The position numbers were made by a program, and so were the translations under genes. The notes under the pieces are model-generated. The model worked only from the letters and a program-made list of their open reading frames with translations, did not search any database and was not told the origin of the DNA. Below are positions 11,187 through 21,479 of a stretch of 64,000 nt of DNA, in pieces. The stretch comes from Candidatus Binatia bacterium (GTDB lineage: Bacteria > Desulfobacterota > Binatia > UBA9968 > JAJDTQ01). Location of the stretch: NCBI GenBank assembly GCA_963666515.2, contig OY762897.2:1280001-1344000 (forward strand), read 5' to 3'. Each line of letters opens with the position of its first letter. Position 1 is the stretch's first letter.

Positions 11187-12464
11187 GTGTTCATCCTCTA
11201 CAACGCGCTCCTTCACGCGGGGCTGCTCCTGGGACTGCTGGCGTGGCCCCTGGGCTTCTTCCTGCGCCGTCATCCCTACCGGGGGCTGCGGGAGCGCTTC
11301 ACGGCGTACCCGCCGGATCTCACGGCGCGCCTTGCCGGGTCCCGTCCCATCTGGATTCACGCCGCTTCCGTGGGCGAAGTGCGATCCGCCGCTCCGCTGG
11401 TGCGGCGCATGAGGATGAAGTGGCCGGAGCGCAAGCTCCTGGTGTCGACGGTGACCGTCACCGGACGCCAGACCGCTCGCGAAGCGCTGCCCGACGTCGA
11501 CGCCGTGACCTATCTGCCGCTCGATCTGCCGTGGCTCGTTTCCCGAAGTCTCCGCCGGCTCGACCCCGAGGTCGTCATTCTGCTGGAAACGGAGATCTGG
11601 CCGAACTTCATCCGGGCCGCGGGCCGGCTGCGGATTCCGACATTGGTTCTGAGCGGCCGCCTGTCTCCCCGCGGCGCGCGCACGTACGAGCGTTTCCGGG
11701 CGCTTTTCAGGCCGGTGCTGGATGAGGTGGCAGGCTTCGGAATGCAGGACCGCGAGAACGCCGACCGCCTGCTGCGTCTCGGCGTGGACCCGCTCAAGGT
11801 GGCCGTCACCGGCTCCCTGAAGCATGCCGCGGCGGAAGCAGGTGCGCTCCCGCAAGTCCCGGTTTCCGGCAACCAACGCGGTCCCGTCGTGGTGGCGGGG
11901 AGCACCCATCGCGGCGAGGAGGAGGTCCTGCTGGAGGTTCTCCCCGAGTTGCGCCGCCGGTTTCCGGGCCTTCTCATGGTTCTCGCCCCAAGGCATCCGG
12001 AGCGGTTCGGTGAGGTGGAGCGGTTGCTCCGGCAAGGAAAGCTGGATTACCGCAAGCAGAGCGCGACGGGCGGAGCGCAATCGCCTGACTGTGGAGTCCT
12101 GCTGCTGGACACCCTGGGTGACTTGCCGCAGTACTACGGCTGGGCCGACGCGGCCTTCGTGGGCGGCAGCCTGGCGCCCGCCGGGGGGCACAACCTCATG
12201 GAGCCGGCGCGCTGGGGCACGCCCGTGCTTTTCGGGCCGCATCACGCCAACGTCGCCGAGGCCGCGCGGGAGCTGTTGCGGCAGGGCGGCGGCGTCGAGG
12301 TCCGGGACGGACAGGATCTCCTCAGGGAGGTCACGGACCTCCTGTCGGACCGTGCGCGGGCGGCCGCCATGGGGCGTTGCGCCCGGGCGGTGGCCGAGAC
12401 CGACCGGGAGGTGCTGTCGCGCAGCATGAGCCTGATCTACCGGCAGCTCCGGGATCGGCCGTGA
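11187..12464 (+). CDS. waaA: Kdo transferase
   Basis: [37 protein letters not shown]. Confidence 0.95.
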   Translation: MFILYNALLHAGLLLGLLAWPLGFFLRRHPYRGLRERFTAYPPDLTARLAGSRPIWIHAASVGEVRSAAPLVRRMRMKWPERKLLVSTVTVTGRQTAREALPDVDAVTYLPLDLPWLVSRSLRRLDPEVVILLETEIWPNFIRAAGRLRIPTLVLSGRLSPRGARTYERFRALFRPVLDEVAGFGMQDRENADRLLRLGVDPLKVAVTGSLKHAAAEAGALPQVPVSGNQRGPVVVAGSTHRGEEEVLLEVLPELRRRFPGLLMVLAPRHPERFGEVERLLRQGKLDYRKQSATGGAQSPDCGVLLLDTLGDLPQYYGWADAAFVGGSLAPAGGHNLMEPARWGTPVLFGPHHANVAEAARELLRQGGGVEVRDGQDLLREVTDLLSDRARAAAMGRCARAVAETDREVLSRSMSLIYRQLRDRP

Positions 12465-12466
12465 CC

Positions 12467-13567
12467 ATGGCCGCGGGCACGGGGACGGCTCTGGTCATGG
12501 ACGCCTGGAAACGCCGCGGCGTTGCCGGCCGCGCCCTGTGGGCGCTGCTGCTGCCGTGGAGCGCGGCGTTCGGCGCCGCGGTCGGGGCGCGGAACCTTCT
12601 GTACGACCTCCGTTGGCTCAGGACCCGGCGGCTCCCCCTCCCGGTGGTCAGCGTCGGAAACCTCACGGTCGGGGGCACGGGCAAGACCCCGGCCGCGCTG
12701 TGGCTGGCGCAGAGCCTGCGGCGCCGCGGCCTCAACGCCGCGGTGCTGAGCCGCGGCTACGGCGGCGGCCGGGCGGCCGGGCGGCCCGCCACCGTCAAGG
12801 CGGAAGACGATCGGGCGTGGCTGGACGAACCTGCCGGGGAGCTGCTCGAATCCGGTGACGAGCCGGTCCTCTTGAGCGCCCTCTACGGGCTGACCGTAGG
12901 CGTCGGCGCCGACCGTTACCGGGCGGGCATGGAGTTGAGCCGGGAATCGCCGGACGCGCACCTTTTCCTGCTGGACGACGGGTTCCAGCATCGCCGCCTG
13001 GAACGGGATCTCGACATCGTCCTGCTGGGCGCCGACTGCGCCGGGTCGATGCTGCCGGCGGGCCCTTTCCGGGAGCCGCTGCGGTCGCTGCGGCGCGCGG
13101 ACGTCCTCGTGATCACCGGCGCTCACGACCGCTGGCGGTCGATCCTGCGGGACCGTTTCGACGCTTCCAGGACCTTCTTCGCCGCCATCGAGCCGCGCGC
13201 TCTCCTGAGCCGCGCCGGACACGGCTTGAAGGAGTTTCCGCTGGCGGACCTCGCCGGCGTCAGGGTCCTGGCGGTTTCGGGCGTTGCCAAGCCGGAACGG
13301 TTCTACGACATGATCCGCGAATGTGAAGCGACCGTCGTCGAGACGCTGGAATATCCCGACCACCATTCCTATTCCGATAGGGACTGGCGCGAGATCAACC
13401 GCAACCGAAACCGGGTCGACAGGATCGTCACGACCGAGAAGGACTACGTGAAGCTCGCGCGCTTTCCCTTCTCCGCAGGCAGGCTTGCGGCGTTGAAGGT
13501 CGAAATGTCCGTTGACAGGCCGGAAGAGTTGCTGGACCGCGTCGCCGAGGTCGTGGAGAGGGTCTGA
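12467..13567 (+). CDS. lpxK: Tetraacyldisaccharide 4'-kinase
   Basis: [31 protein letters not shown]; start could be GTG 12461 or ATG 12467. Confidence 0.94.
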   Translation: MAAGTGTALVMDAWKRRGVAGRALWALLLPWSAAFGAAVGARNLLYDLRWLRTRRLPLPVVSVGNLTVGGTGKTPAALWLAQSLRRRGLNAAVLSRGYGGGRAAGRPATVKAEDDRAWLDEPAGELLESGDEPVLLSALYGLTVGVGADRYRAGMELSRESPDAHLFLLDDGFQHRRLERDLDIVLLGADCAGSMLPAGPFREPLRSLRRADVLVITGAHDRWRSILRDRFDASRTFFAAIEPRALLSRAGHGLKEFPLADLAGVRVLAVSGVAKPERFYDMIRECEATVVETLEYPDHHSYSDRDWREINRNRNRVDRIVTTEKDYVKLARFPFSAGRLAALKVEMSVDRPEELLDRVAEVVERV

Positions 13568-13580
13568 TGCGGTTGGAGCG

Positions 13581-14327
13581 ATGAGACCGGGCGAGACGAT
13601 TCCGGCGGGATTCGAGAAGGTGGTCCCCGCACCCGGTCTGACCGCGTGGGTGGCCCACGGCGTCGACGCCGGCCCGCTCGTGTCCCGGGTGCTCAAGCCT
13701 GCCGACACGCCGGCGCGGCACTTCGGGCGCGCGGGCCTGCAGGCGGTGGCGCTGGCGGACCGCGGGCACGCTCTGGTCCGTTCATGCCGGCACGGAGGGG
13801 TGCTGCGCCACCTCACCCGCGGCTGGTTCATCAGCCGGCCGCCCAGGCCGTTCGTGGAACTGGCGGTCACCGTTGCGGCCCGGCAGCGGGGACTGGCGGC
13901 GCCGGAGGTCCTGGCCGCGCTGGTGGCGCGTGGGTTCGGTCCCTGGTACCGGGGCTGGCTGGTCACCCGGGAGCTGGAGGACGCGCGCGATCTGTGGGCG
14001 GCGCTCCGGGAAGACCTCTCCGGCGCCGAGAAGGAGGCCGTGCTGCGGGGCGTCGGCCGTGTGTTGCGCCTCATGCACGCTTCCGGCATCGACCATGCCG
14101 ACCTCAATCTGAGGAACATCCTGGTCGTGCGCGGGAAGCCGTGCCCGGAAATCTACGTCATCGACTTCGACAAGGCGCGCCTCTTCCAGGGACCGGTGCC
14201 GGCGGCCAGCGCGCAACGGAACCTGCGCCGCCTGCTGCGCTCGGTCAACAAGCTCGACGGCGGGCGGGTGAGGGTCCGGCCGGAGGACTGGACGTGCCTC
14301 ATGGACGCCTACCGGTCCGGTGACTGA
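13581..14327 (+). CDS. kdkA: Kdo kinase (KdkA-like lipopolysaccharide kinase)
   Basis: RHGG..RP..E motif, HADLNLRNIL, IDFDKA, NLRRLLRS; last gene of lipid A operon. Confidence 0.82.
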   Translation: MRPGETIPAGFEKVVPAPGLTAWVAHGVDAGPLVSRVLKPADTPARHFGRAGLQAVALADRGHALVRSCRHGGVLRHLTRGWFISRPPRPFVELAVTVAARQRGLAAPEVLAALVARGFGPWYRGWLVTRELEDARDLWAALREDLSGAEKEAVLRGVGRVLRLMHASGIDHADLNLRNILVVRGKPCPEIYVIDFDKARLFQGPVPAASAQRNLRRLLRSVNKLDGGRVRVRPEDWTCLMDAYRSGD

Positions 14328-14341
14328 CGAAAACGGCTGGT

Positions 14342-14370
14342 TTGCATTGCAGGATGCATGAAGATAAAAT
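14342..14370 (+). promoter_or_regulatory. sigma70-type promoter of first RRM gene
   Basis: TTGCAT-17 nt-TAAAAT. Confidence 0.6.
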
Positions 14371-14473
14371 CGTCGCCAATTGCGGCTAGGACGCGAGCGG
14401 GCGACATCGGCACGAGCGGCGGCAACCCGAACGTCGGGCGCCGGCCGCCGGAATCTCGAATTCGGAGTTTTCC

Positions 14474-14737
14474 ATGGGTGACAGATTGTACGTGAGCGGG
14501 CTGCCTTACGCCGTAACCGAAGCCCAGTTGCACGACCTCTTCTCGGAGCATGGGTCGGTGGCGTCGGCCAGGATCGTCACCGACCGTTTCACCGGCCGTT
14601 CCCGCGGCTTCGGGTTCGTCGAGATGGGCTCCGAGGCCGAGGCCATGGCCGCCATGGAGGCATTGAACGGCACCGAGCTTCAGGGGCGCGTCCTCAAGGT
14701 GAACGAGGCCCACGAACGGCGAACGCGGGACACCTGA
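14474..14737 (+). CDS. RRM RNA-binding protein
   Basis: RNP2 LYVSGL, RNP1 RGFGFVEM, LKVNEA. Confidence 0.93.
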   Translation: MGDRLYVSGLPYAVTEAQLHDLFSEHGSVASARIVTDRFTGRSRGFGFVEMGSEAEAMAAMEALNGTELQGRVLKVNEAHERRTRDT

Positions 14738-14750
14738 ACGCGAACGGACC

Positions 14751-16130
14751 ATGAAGGCACAAGGGATTACCGTCACGGGTTGCAGTATTCTTCCGATGAC
14801 GGGCGCCGCGGCGGTCATCGAGTCCGGCTACGTCAGCGTCCTGGACGGCGTCATCACCGCGGTCGGCGCGGGCGAGCCCCCGACAGGGGAGGCCGGGGAG
14901 GGGGGCGACGTCATCGACGGCCGGGGCAAGGTGCTGATGCCGGGCCTGATCAACGCCCACACCCACCTCTACCAAGTGCTCCTGAGGGCGGTGTGGGAGG
15001 ACATGCCGTTCCTGGCGTGGCTCAAGCGCATCTACGGTGTGGCCGAAGCCCTGAACCCGGAGCACGTCCGGGCCGGGACGCTGCTGGGATGCCTGGAGAA
15101 CCTCAAGGGCGGCGTAACCACCGTCTGCGAGCACAACTTCCTCAACCCGGACGCCGAGTGCGCCGCCGCGGCCGTGGACGCCATCTCGGAGTCCGGCCTG
15201 CGGGGCGTATTCGCCCGCACCGTCATGGACACCGGGGAGATCGTGCCGGACTGTACCAAGGAGACTCCGGAGACGGCCTTCAACCGGATCGAGGACCTGA
15301 TGGCGCGTCATCGCGGCGACGGCCCGCCGCCGGAAGACCGCCGCCTCACCTTCCGCACGGGACCCAACACGCCGCCCATCAACGCTTCTCCCGACCTTCT
15401 CCGGGAGATACGGCGGTTCGCCGACCACCATTCCATCGGCATCAGCGCCCACGTGGCCGAGTCGGCATCGGTGGTGGAGGTCACGCGCCGGGAACTCGGG
15501 CGGCCGGGCGTGGTCGCCCATCTGAAGGACTTCGGTATTCACGGGGAAGACGCCATCTTCGCCCACAGCGTGCACCTGTCGCCAGAGGAGATCGGACACC
15601 TGGCCGAGACCGGAACGTGCGTGTCGCACAACCCGGTGAGCAACATGATGCTGGGCGACGGCATCGCGCCGGTGGTGGAGATGCTGGCCGCCGGGGTCAA
15701 GGTCGGGCTCGGCAGCGACGGGGCCGCCAGCAACCACAGCCAGGACCTGTTCGAGACCATGAAGGCGGCGTCGCTGCTGCAGAAGGTCAAGCATCAGGAC
15801 GCCGGCGTCATCGATCCCTACAGCGTGCTGCGCATGGCCACGGTGGACGGCGCCCACGCGATGGGACTGGCGTCCGTCTGCGGCACGGTGGAGGCGGGCA
15901 AGCGCGCGGACCTGATCCTGGTGGACGTGGAGACGCCCCACTTCCAGCCCGTCAACGACCTGGTCAGCCAACTGGTGCACTGCGCCAAGGCGACCGACGT
16001 GGACACGGTGCTGGTGGATGGAAGGGTGCTCATGCGCGAGCGCCGGTGCCCGTCGCTGGACGAGCCTGAAATCCTGCGGCGAGCCCAGGCCGCGCAAGGC
16101 GATCTCATGGCGCGCCTTGCCGCCGCCTAG
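14751..16130 (+). CDS. Amidohydrolase family (MTA/SAH-deaminase-like)
   Basis: PGLINAHTH, HVAES, AHSVH, GLGSDG. Confidence 0.88.
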   Translation: MKAQGITVTGCSILPMTGAAAVIESGYVSVLDGVITAVGAGEPPTGEAGEGGDVIDGRGKVLMPGLINAHTHLYQVLLRAVWEDMPFLAWLKRIYGVAEALNPEHVRAGTLLGCLENLKGGVTTVCEHNFLNPDAECAAAAVDAISESGLRGVFARTVMDTGEIVPDCTKETPETAFNRIEDLMARHRGDGPPPEDRRLTFRTGPNTPPINASPDLLREIRRFADHHSIGISAHVAESASVVEVTRRELGRPGVVAHLKDFGIHGEDAIFAHSVHLSPEEIGHLAETGTCVSHNPVSNMMLGDGIAPVVEMLAAGVKVGLGSDGAASNHSQDLFETMKAASLLQKVKHQDAGVIDPYSVLRMATVDGAHAMGLASVCGTVEAGKRADLILVDVETPHFQPVNDLVSQLVHCAKATDVDTVLVDGRVLMRERRCPSLDEPEILRRAQAAQGDLMARLAAA

Positions 16131-16166
16131 CGCGGGCCGGTTCACGTCCGCTCGCGCGGAGCGGGA

Positions 16167-16388
16167 TCAGTTTCGGTGCCGGTAGGTAATCCGTCCGCGG
16201 CTCAGGTCGTAGGGCGACAGCTCCAGGGTGACCCGGTCGCCGGGCAGAATCTTGATGTAGAATTTGCGCATCTTCCCCGCGGTGTACGCGAGGACGTTGT
16301 GCTTGTTGTCCAGTTCGACTTTGAACATGGCGTTGGGAAGGCTCTCCATCACCGTGCCGGTAACCTCGATGTTGTCCTGCTTGCTCAT
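16167..16388 (-). CDS. infA: Translation initiation factor IF-1
   Basis: [53 protein letters not shown]. Confidence 0.98.
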   Translation of the reverse strand: MSKQDNIEVTGTVMESLPNAMFKVELDNKHNVLAYTAGKMRKFYIKILPGDRVTLELSPYDLSRGRITYRHRN

Positions 16389-16537
16389 AGCGTGTGCTCC
16401 TTGCAGCGAACCTCCTCTCCCGGAAGCGGCCGGCCGCTCCGTTTCTTGACGCCATAATTAGCCTACGCGCCGCGAATTGTCCATCCCCGCGCGGATGCGT
16501 TGCAATCCACTCCCCCGTGTGGAAGACTCGGACGTTC

Positions 16538-16912
16538 ATGAGCGCGGACCGTCTATTCCTCCTGTTGGGGTCCCTTTCCGGCTTCACCGGAGTCGTGCTG
16601 GGAGCGTTCGCCGCCCACGGTCTGCGGGGAAGACTGACGGACGAACTGCTCAACGTGTTCGAGACCGGCGTCCGCTACCAGATATACCATGCCCTGGCCT
16701 TGTTGCTGGTGGCGTTGGCTTTCTCCCGCTGGCCCCGCGGCGAGTTCGCGGTGGCGGGATGGTGCTTCGTGCTGGGGACGGTGGTGTTCTCGGGAAGCCT
16801 CTACGCGTTGAGTCTCACGGGCACCCGGTGGCTGGGCGCCGTCACTCCCATCGGCGGGCTCGCGTTCCTGCTGGGCTGGCTCAGCATTGCCTGGGGCGCC
16901 TGGAAAGGGTAG
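16538..16912 (+). CDS. DUF423 (YgdD/TMEM256) membrane protein
   Basis: LGAFAAHGL, FETGVRYQIYHAL, FSGSLY, GAVTPIGG. Confidence 0.9.
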   Translation: MSADRLFLLLGSLSGFTGVVLGAFAAHGLRGRLTDELLNVFETGVRYQIYHALALLLVALAFSRWPRGEFAVAGWCFVLGTVVFSGSLYALSLTGTRWLGAVTPIGGLAFLLGWLSIAWGAWKG

Positions 16913-16981
16913 GCGGGGACACTCGTGACGCGCCGCGCCGCCGGAGACGGGAGGGCGCCGGTTCTCACAGGAGACGGAAGA

Positions 16982-18118
16982 ATGGCCAAGAACGGATTCA
17001 GGATACTCGATAGCGACATGCACATCATGGAGCCGCCGAACCTGTGGGAACGGTACCTGGAGCCCGAGTTCAAGGCCCAGGCGCCGCGCGGCGTAACCAG
17101 CGAGAACGTGCGCGACCTGCGCATGCAGCATCCCGACGGAAGGCTGTGGGGGCTGCCCGAGGTTCATGCCGGCAACGTCACCAAAGGGCACAACTTCGAG
17201 AAGAACCAGGGCATCTATGGCGACCACGCCGCCCGCGGCTGGGCGGCGGAGGTCCAGTTGGAGGCCATGGACATCGAGGGCATCGACGTGGCGGTGCTCT
17301 ACCCCACCCGGGGCCTCCAGGCGCTCAGCGAGGGGGACATGGACCCTCGTTTCGCCGCGGCGCTGGCGCGGGCGTACAACAACTGGCTCTACGATTTCTG
17401 CAGCGCCGACCCCGCCCGGCTGCTGGGGGCGGGCATGCTTTCGCCCCTGGACGTGGACGAGGCCGTGGCCGAGGCCCGACGCTGCACCCGGGAACTCGGC
17501 TTCCGCGGGATCTTCATGCGCTCGAACCCCATCAACGGGCGCAACTTCCACGACGAGTACTACGAGCCTCTGTGGAGTGAGCTGGAGGAGCTGGGGATGC
17601 CTCTGGGCCTGCACGAATCGTCGTCTTCGGGGGTGCGGCAGGTGGGCGACCAGTTCGAGCCCAACTTCATGCTCCGGCGCGTGTTCGCCCAGCCCGTGGA
17701 GCAGATGCTGGCCCTGGGCAGCATCTGCGCGGGCGGGGTCCTGGCCCGTCACCCGGACCTGAGGGTGGCCTTCCTGGAGGCCAACTGCGGCTGGCTGCCG
17801 TGGCTGCTCTGGCGCATGGACGAAGGCTACGAGAGGGAAGCCGACGTGTGGTCGCCGGACCTGGCGATGGCGCCGAGCGACTATTTCAAGCGGCAGTGCT
17901 TCGTTTCGGTGGAGCCGGACGAAGCTCCCGTCAAGTACGTCATCGACTACATGGGGAACGACCGCATCGTGTTCTCCACGGACTACCCGCACGGCGACTC
18001 CAAGTTCCCCCACGCGGTGGAGAGCTTCCTGGAACTCTCCACCATCAGCGAGGAAGACAAGCACAAGATACTCTGGGACAACTGCGCGGCCTACTATTCC
18101 CTGGACCGGGATGCATGA
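16982..18118 (+). CDS. Amidohydrolase_2 family protein
   Basis: DSDMH, VLYPT, LHE, FLEAN.GW, FSTDYPH. Confidence 0.88.
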   Translation: MAKNGFRILDSDMHIMEPPNLWERYLEPEFKAQAPRGVTSENVRDLRMQHPDGRLWGLPEVHAGNVTKGHNFEKNQGIYGDHAARGWAAEVQLEAMDIEGIDVAVLYPTRGLQALSEGDMDPRFAAALARAYNNWLYDFCSADPARLLGAGMLSPLDVDEAVAEARRCTRELGFRGIFMRSNPINGRNFHDEYYEPLWSELEELGMPLGLHESSSSGVRQVGDQFEPNFMLRRVFAQPVEQMLALGSICAGGVLARHPDLRVAFLEANCGWLPWLLWRMDEGYEREADVWSPDLAMAPSDYFKRQCFVSVEPDEAPVKYVIDYMGNDRIVFSTDYPHGDSKFPHAVESFLELSTISEEDKHKILWDNCAAYYSLDRDA

Positions 18119-19265
18119 CGGCCGGCCGGTCCGCGGGACGCTCTTCGCGGGAGCGCTCCTGTGGAACCTGTGCAACGGCATGCTGTTCGTGCTCACGCCG
18201 CTCTTCGGCGTGACCCTCGGCCTGTCCGTGCTCGACATCGGCTCCCTGGTGGGGCTTCCGTATCTGCTGACCATCATCATGCGTTTCGCCGGCGGCGCCC
18301 TGGCGGACCGTTACGGCGAGCATCGCATGTTGCAGGCCTGCTACTCGCTCAACGTGCTGGCCGCGGTGGCCCTGTGCATGGCCAGCGGCTTTTTCTCGCT
18401 GATGCTGTCCAGCGCGCTGGCGAACCTTTCCCGCAGCATCTTCTGGGTTCCGGCCCAGTCCATGGCCAGCCAGCTTTCCAGCCTCAATCCCGGCAGGATG
18501 CTGGGCCAGTTGTCCGCGGCCAACTACACCGGCTCACTGCTGGGACTGGCTCTCGGAGGGATACTGGCCGGCTGGCTGGGGTACGGCGTCACTTTCCTTC
18601 TGCTCACCGCGGGCTGCGTCGCCGGCATGCTGCTGGGCCTGGTCCTCCCGCCGATCCGCTCCAGACCCGCGGGCCGCACCGTCTGGCAGGTGGCCGCGGG
18701 AATGAGCCGGCGGTTGATCGAGCGGCGCACCTGGCTGCTGCTTACCACCTCGTGCGCGGCCGCGGTGCCCTTCGGCATCACGCAGTCCATCTATCCGGTC
18801 TACATGAGCGGTCTCGCCTTCACCGAGGGGTGGATCAGCGTGGTGATCGCGGTACGCTCCATCGGCCCGGTGGTCATCGGCCTGGCCCTCGGGTCCGAGA
18901 TCACCATCGAGCGCGAGAAGGCGTTCTACGCGGTCAGCATGGGAGGCCTCGGCGCGTGCATCCTCGCCAGCGCCTGGACCGGAGGATGGCTGCTGATGGG
19001 GCTCTGCATCGCCGGCCTGGGCATGGCCGGCGCGGTGGCGGACCTGCTCAACCAGGTCCAGGCCGTGGACCTCAGCCGGGCCAGCGACCGGTCAGCGGTC
19101 ATGGGGGTCACCGGCCTCGGCTGGAACATGGCTCCCATGGTCCTCCCACTGCTCCTGGGCTGGGCCGCGGACGTGTGGGGCTTCGGGATCATGTTCTTCG
19201 CTTCCGGCTGTTTCTTCCTGCTGGTGGCCCTGAGCACGCCCGCGATCTACCGTATTCTGCGTTAG
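18111..19265 (+). CDS. MFS transporter
   Basis: About 12 hydrophobic segments, GALADRYG motif A. Confidence 0.85.
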   Translation: MHDGRPVRGTLFAGALLWNLCNGMLFVLTPLFGVTLGLSVLDIGSLVGLPYLLTIIMRFAGGALADRYGEHRMLQACYSLNVLAAVALCMASGFFSLMLSSALANLSRSIFWVPAQSMASQLSSLNPGRMLGQLSAANYTGSLLGLALGGILAGWLGYGVTFLLLTAGCVAGMLLGLVLPPIRSRPAGRTVWQVAAGMSRRLIERRTWLLLTTSCAAAVPFGITQSIYPVYMSGLAFTEGWISVVIAVRSIGPVVIGLALGSEITIEREKAFYAVSMGGLGACILASAWTGGWLLMGLCIAGLGMAGAVADLLNQVQAVDLSRASDRSAVMGVTGLGWNMAPMVLPLLLGWAADVWGFGIMFFASGCFFLLVALSTPAIYRILR

Positions 19266-19290
19266 TCTCCACGGGCCGGGGAAACCGCTG

Positions 19291-19319
19291 TTGACACCCG
19301 CGACGCGGGCCAATAAGAT
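19291..19319 (+). promoter_or_regulatory. sigma70-type promoter of second RRM gene
   Basis: TTGACA-17 nt-TAAGAT, ~140 nt upstream of the ATG. Confidence 0.7.
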
Positions 19320-19461
19320 GATCGAAGGGTGAGAAGCCCTGTTCCGCTTTGTCTGAGACAGCGTAAGACCAAAGCCGACCGGAGTGTCGTGATCCTTCCA
19401 CGTTTGCTCTGCTCCTTTCGCCGTGCCTGTCTCGTGGTCCAACAGAATGACGGAGGAGAGC

Positions 19462-19770
19462 ATGAACGAGAAACTGTACGTGGGCGGTCTGCCGTATTCG
19501 ACAACGGAGGATCAGCTCCAGGACGTGTTCGCCGCGCACGGCACCGTGGTTTCAGCCAGAGTGATCACCGACAAGTTCACCGGCCGGTCCCGTGGATTCG
19601 GCTTCGTGGAAATGGGCTCCGGAGAAGAGGCACAACGGGCCATCGACGCCCTGCACGACTCGGAATTGGGAGGACGCAAGCTGACGGTGAGCGAGGCGCG
19701 TCCCCAGGAGCGTCGCGGGGGCTTCGGCGAAGGCCGGGGCGGCGGAGGCGGGGGCCGGAACCGCTGGTAG
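19462..19770 (+). CDS. RRM RNA-binding protein with Gly-rich tail
   Basis: GGAGG RBS; LYVGGL, RGFGFVEM, C-terminal GGGGGGRNRW. Confidence 0.94.
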   Translation: MNEKLYVGGLPYSTTEDQLQDVFAAHGTVVSARVITDKFTGRSRGFGFVEMGSGEEAQRAIDALHDSELGGRKLTVSEARPQERRGGFGEGRGGGGGGRNRW

Positions 19771-19779
19771 AACGACTCG

Positions 19780-20472
<693 letters not shown>

Positions 20473-20617
20473 GGCATTCCCCTGATGCGCTGGTCGGCGG
20501 CCATTGTAACGCAACGCCTGCCGCATGAGAAACTCCCGGCACGGCCGTCCCCCGGACCGGACGCACCGGCGCGAAGCCACCGCTTGAAAGGACCCGCCGC
20601 TGCGGTTAACCTTGGGC

Positions 20618-21430
20618 ATGCCTTTCACGCGGGCCATCCGGCTGATGATTTGCGCGTTGCTGGCGGCCTTGGCCGTTGGCTGCGCGCCGCTCAGCGTGGA
20701 CCAGGAACGCAGCATGGGGGCCGACTTCTCCCGTGACTTCAACCGCCGCACGGCGCTCGTCCGGGACCCCGCCGTCGTGGGTTACGTGTCCGCCATCGGC
20801 AACAGGCTGTTGAAGCACGCGGGACCGCAACCCTTCACCTATCGCTTCAACGTCGTTCCGAAAGCCGAGGTCAACGCCTTCGCCGCGCCCGCCGGCTACA
20901 TCTACATTCATACCGGCACGATACTCAAGGCGCGCAACGTCAGCGAACTGGCCGGCGTCGTCGCCCACGAGATCGGGCACGTTGCCAAGCGGCATATCGC
21001 CAACAACTTCAACCGCGCGCTGGCCACCAACATTCTGCACCAGGTCGGCGTGGTCGCGGCGGAGGTGGCCGCGGGTCCAGAGGCGGGCAGGGCGGCCCAC
21101 AGCCTGGGCGGTCTTGCGGCCATGGGCTATCTCAACACCTTCAGCCGGGAGGCCGAACACGAAGCGGACGAGTTCGCCGTGCAGCTCATGTTCAAGGCCG
21201 GCTACGACCCCCGCGGTCTGACGGCGTTCTTCGAGACCCTCAGGAAGGAAGGCGGGTCATCGGTGCCGGCGTTTCTGAGGACCCATCCGGCGACCTCCGA
21301 GCGCATCGCCCAAACCCGTGCGATGATCCGCAGGCTGCCCGCGCAGGCCCGCCTGGAACGCCGCGACAATGGCCGGCTGGAGCGGATCCAGGGAATCCTT
21401 CGGAGGACCGCGGCCGAACGCCGGCCATGA
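20618..21430 (+). CDS. M48 family metalloprotease (lipoprotein)
   Basis: Lipobox AVGC, NAFA.P.G, HEIGH, EHEAD, THP. Confidence 0.9.
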   Translation: MPFTRAIRLMICALLAALAVGCAPLSVDQERSMGADFSRDFNRRTALVRDPAVVGYVSAIGNRLLKHAGPQPFTYRFNVVPKAEVNAFAAPAGYIYIHTGTILKARNVSELAGVVAHEIGHVAKRHIANNFNRALATNILHQVGVVAAEVAAGPEAGRAAHSLGGLAAMGYLNTFSREAEHEADEFAVQLMFKAGYDPRGLTAFFETLRKEGGSSVPAFLRTHPATSERIAQTRAMIRRLPAQARLERRDNGRLERIQGILRRTAAERRP

Positions 21431-21479
21431 AGCCTGTGAGCGGACCCTTGCGGCAGGACTCCAGCGCGGAAAGACACCT

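Noticed and set aside
9153-12245. Very long antisense or alternate-frame ORFs (e.g. 1030 aa here, 1100 aa at 23133-26435)
   Set aside because: Shadow ORFs expected from high-GC codon bias opposite well-supported genes.
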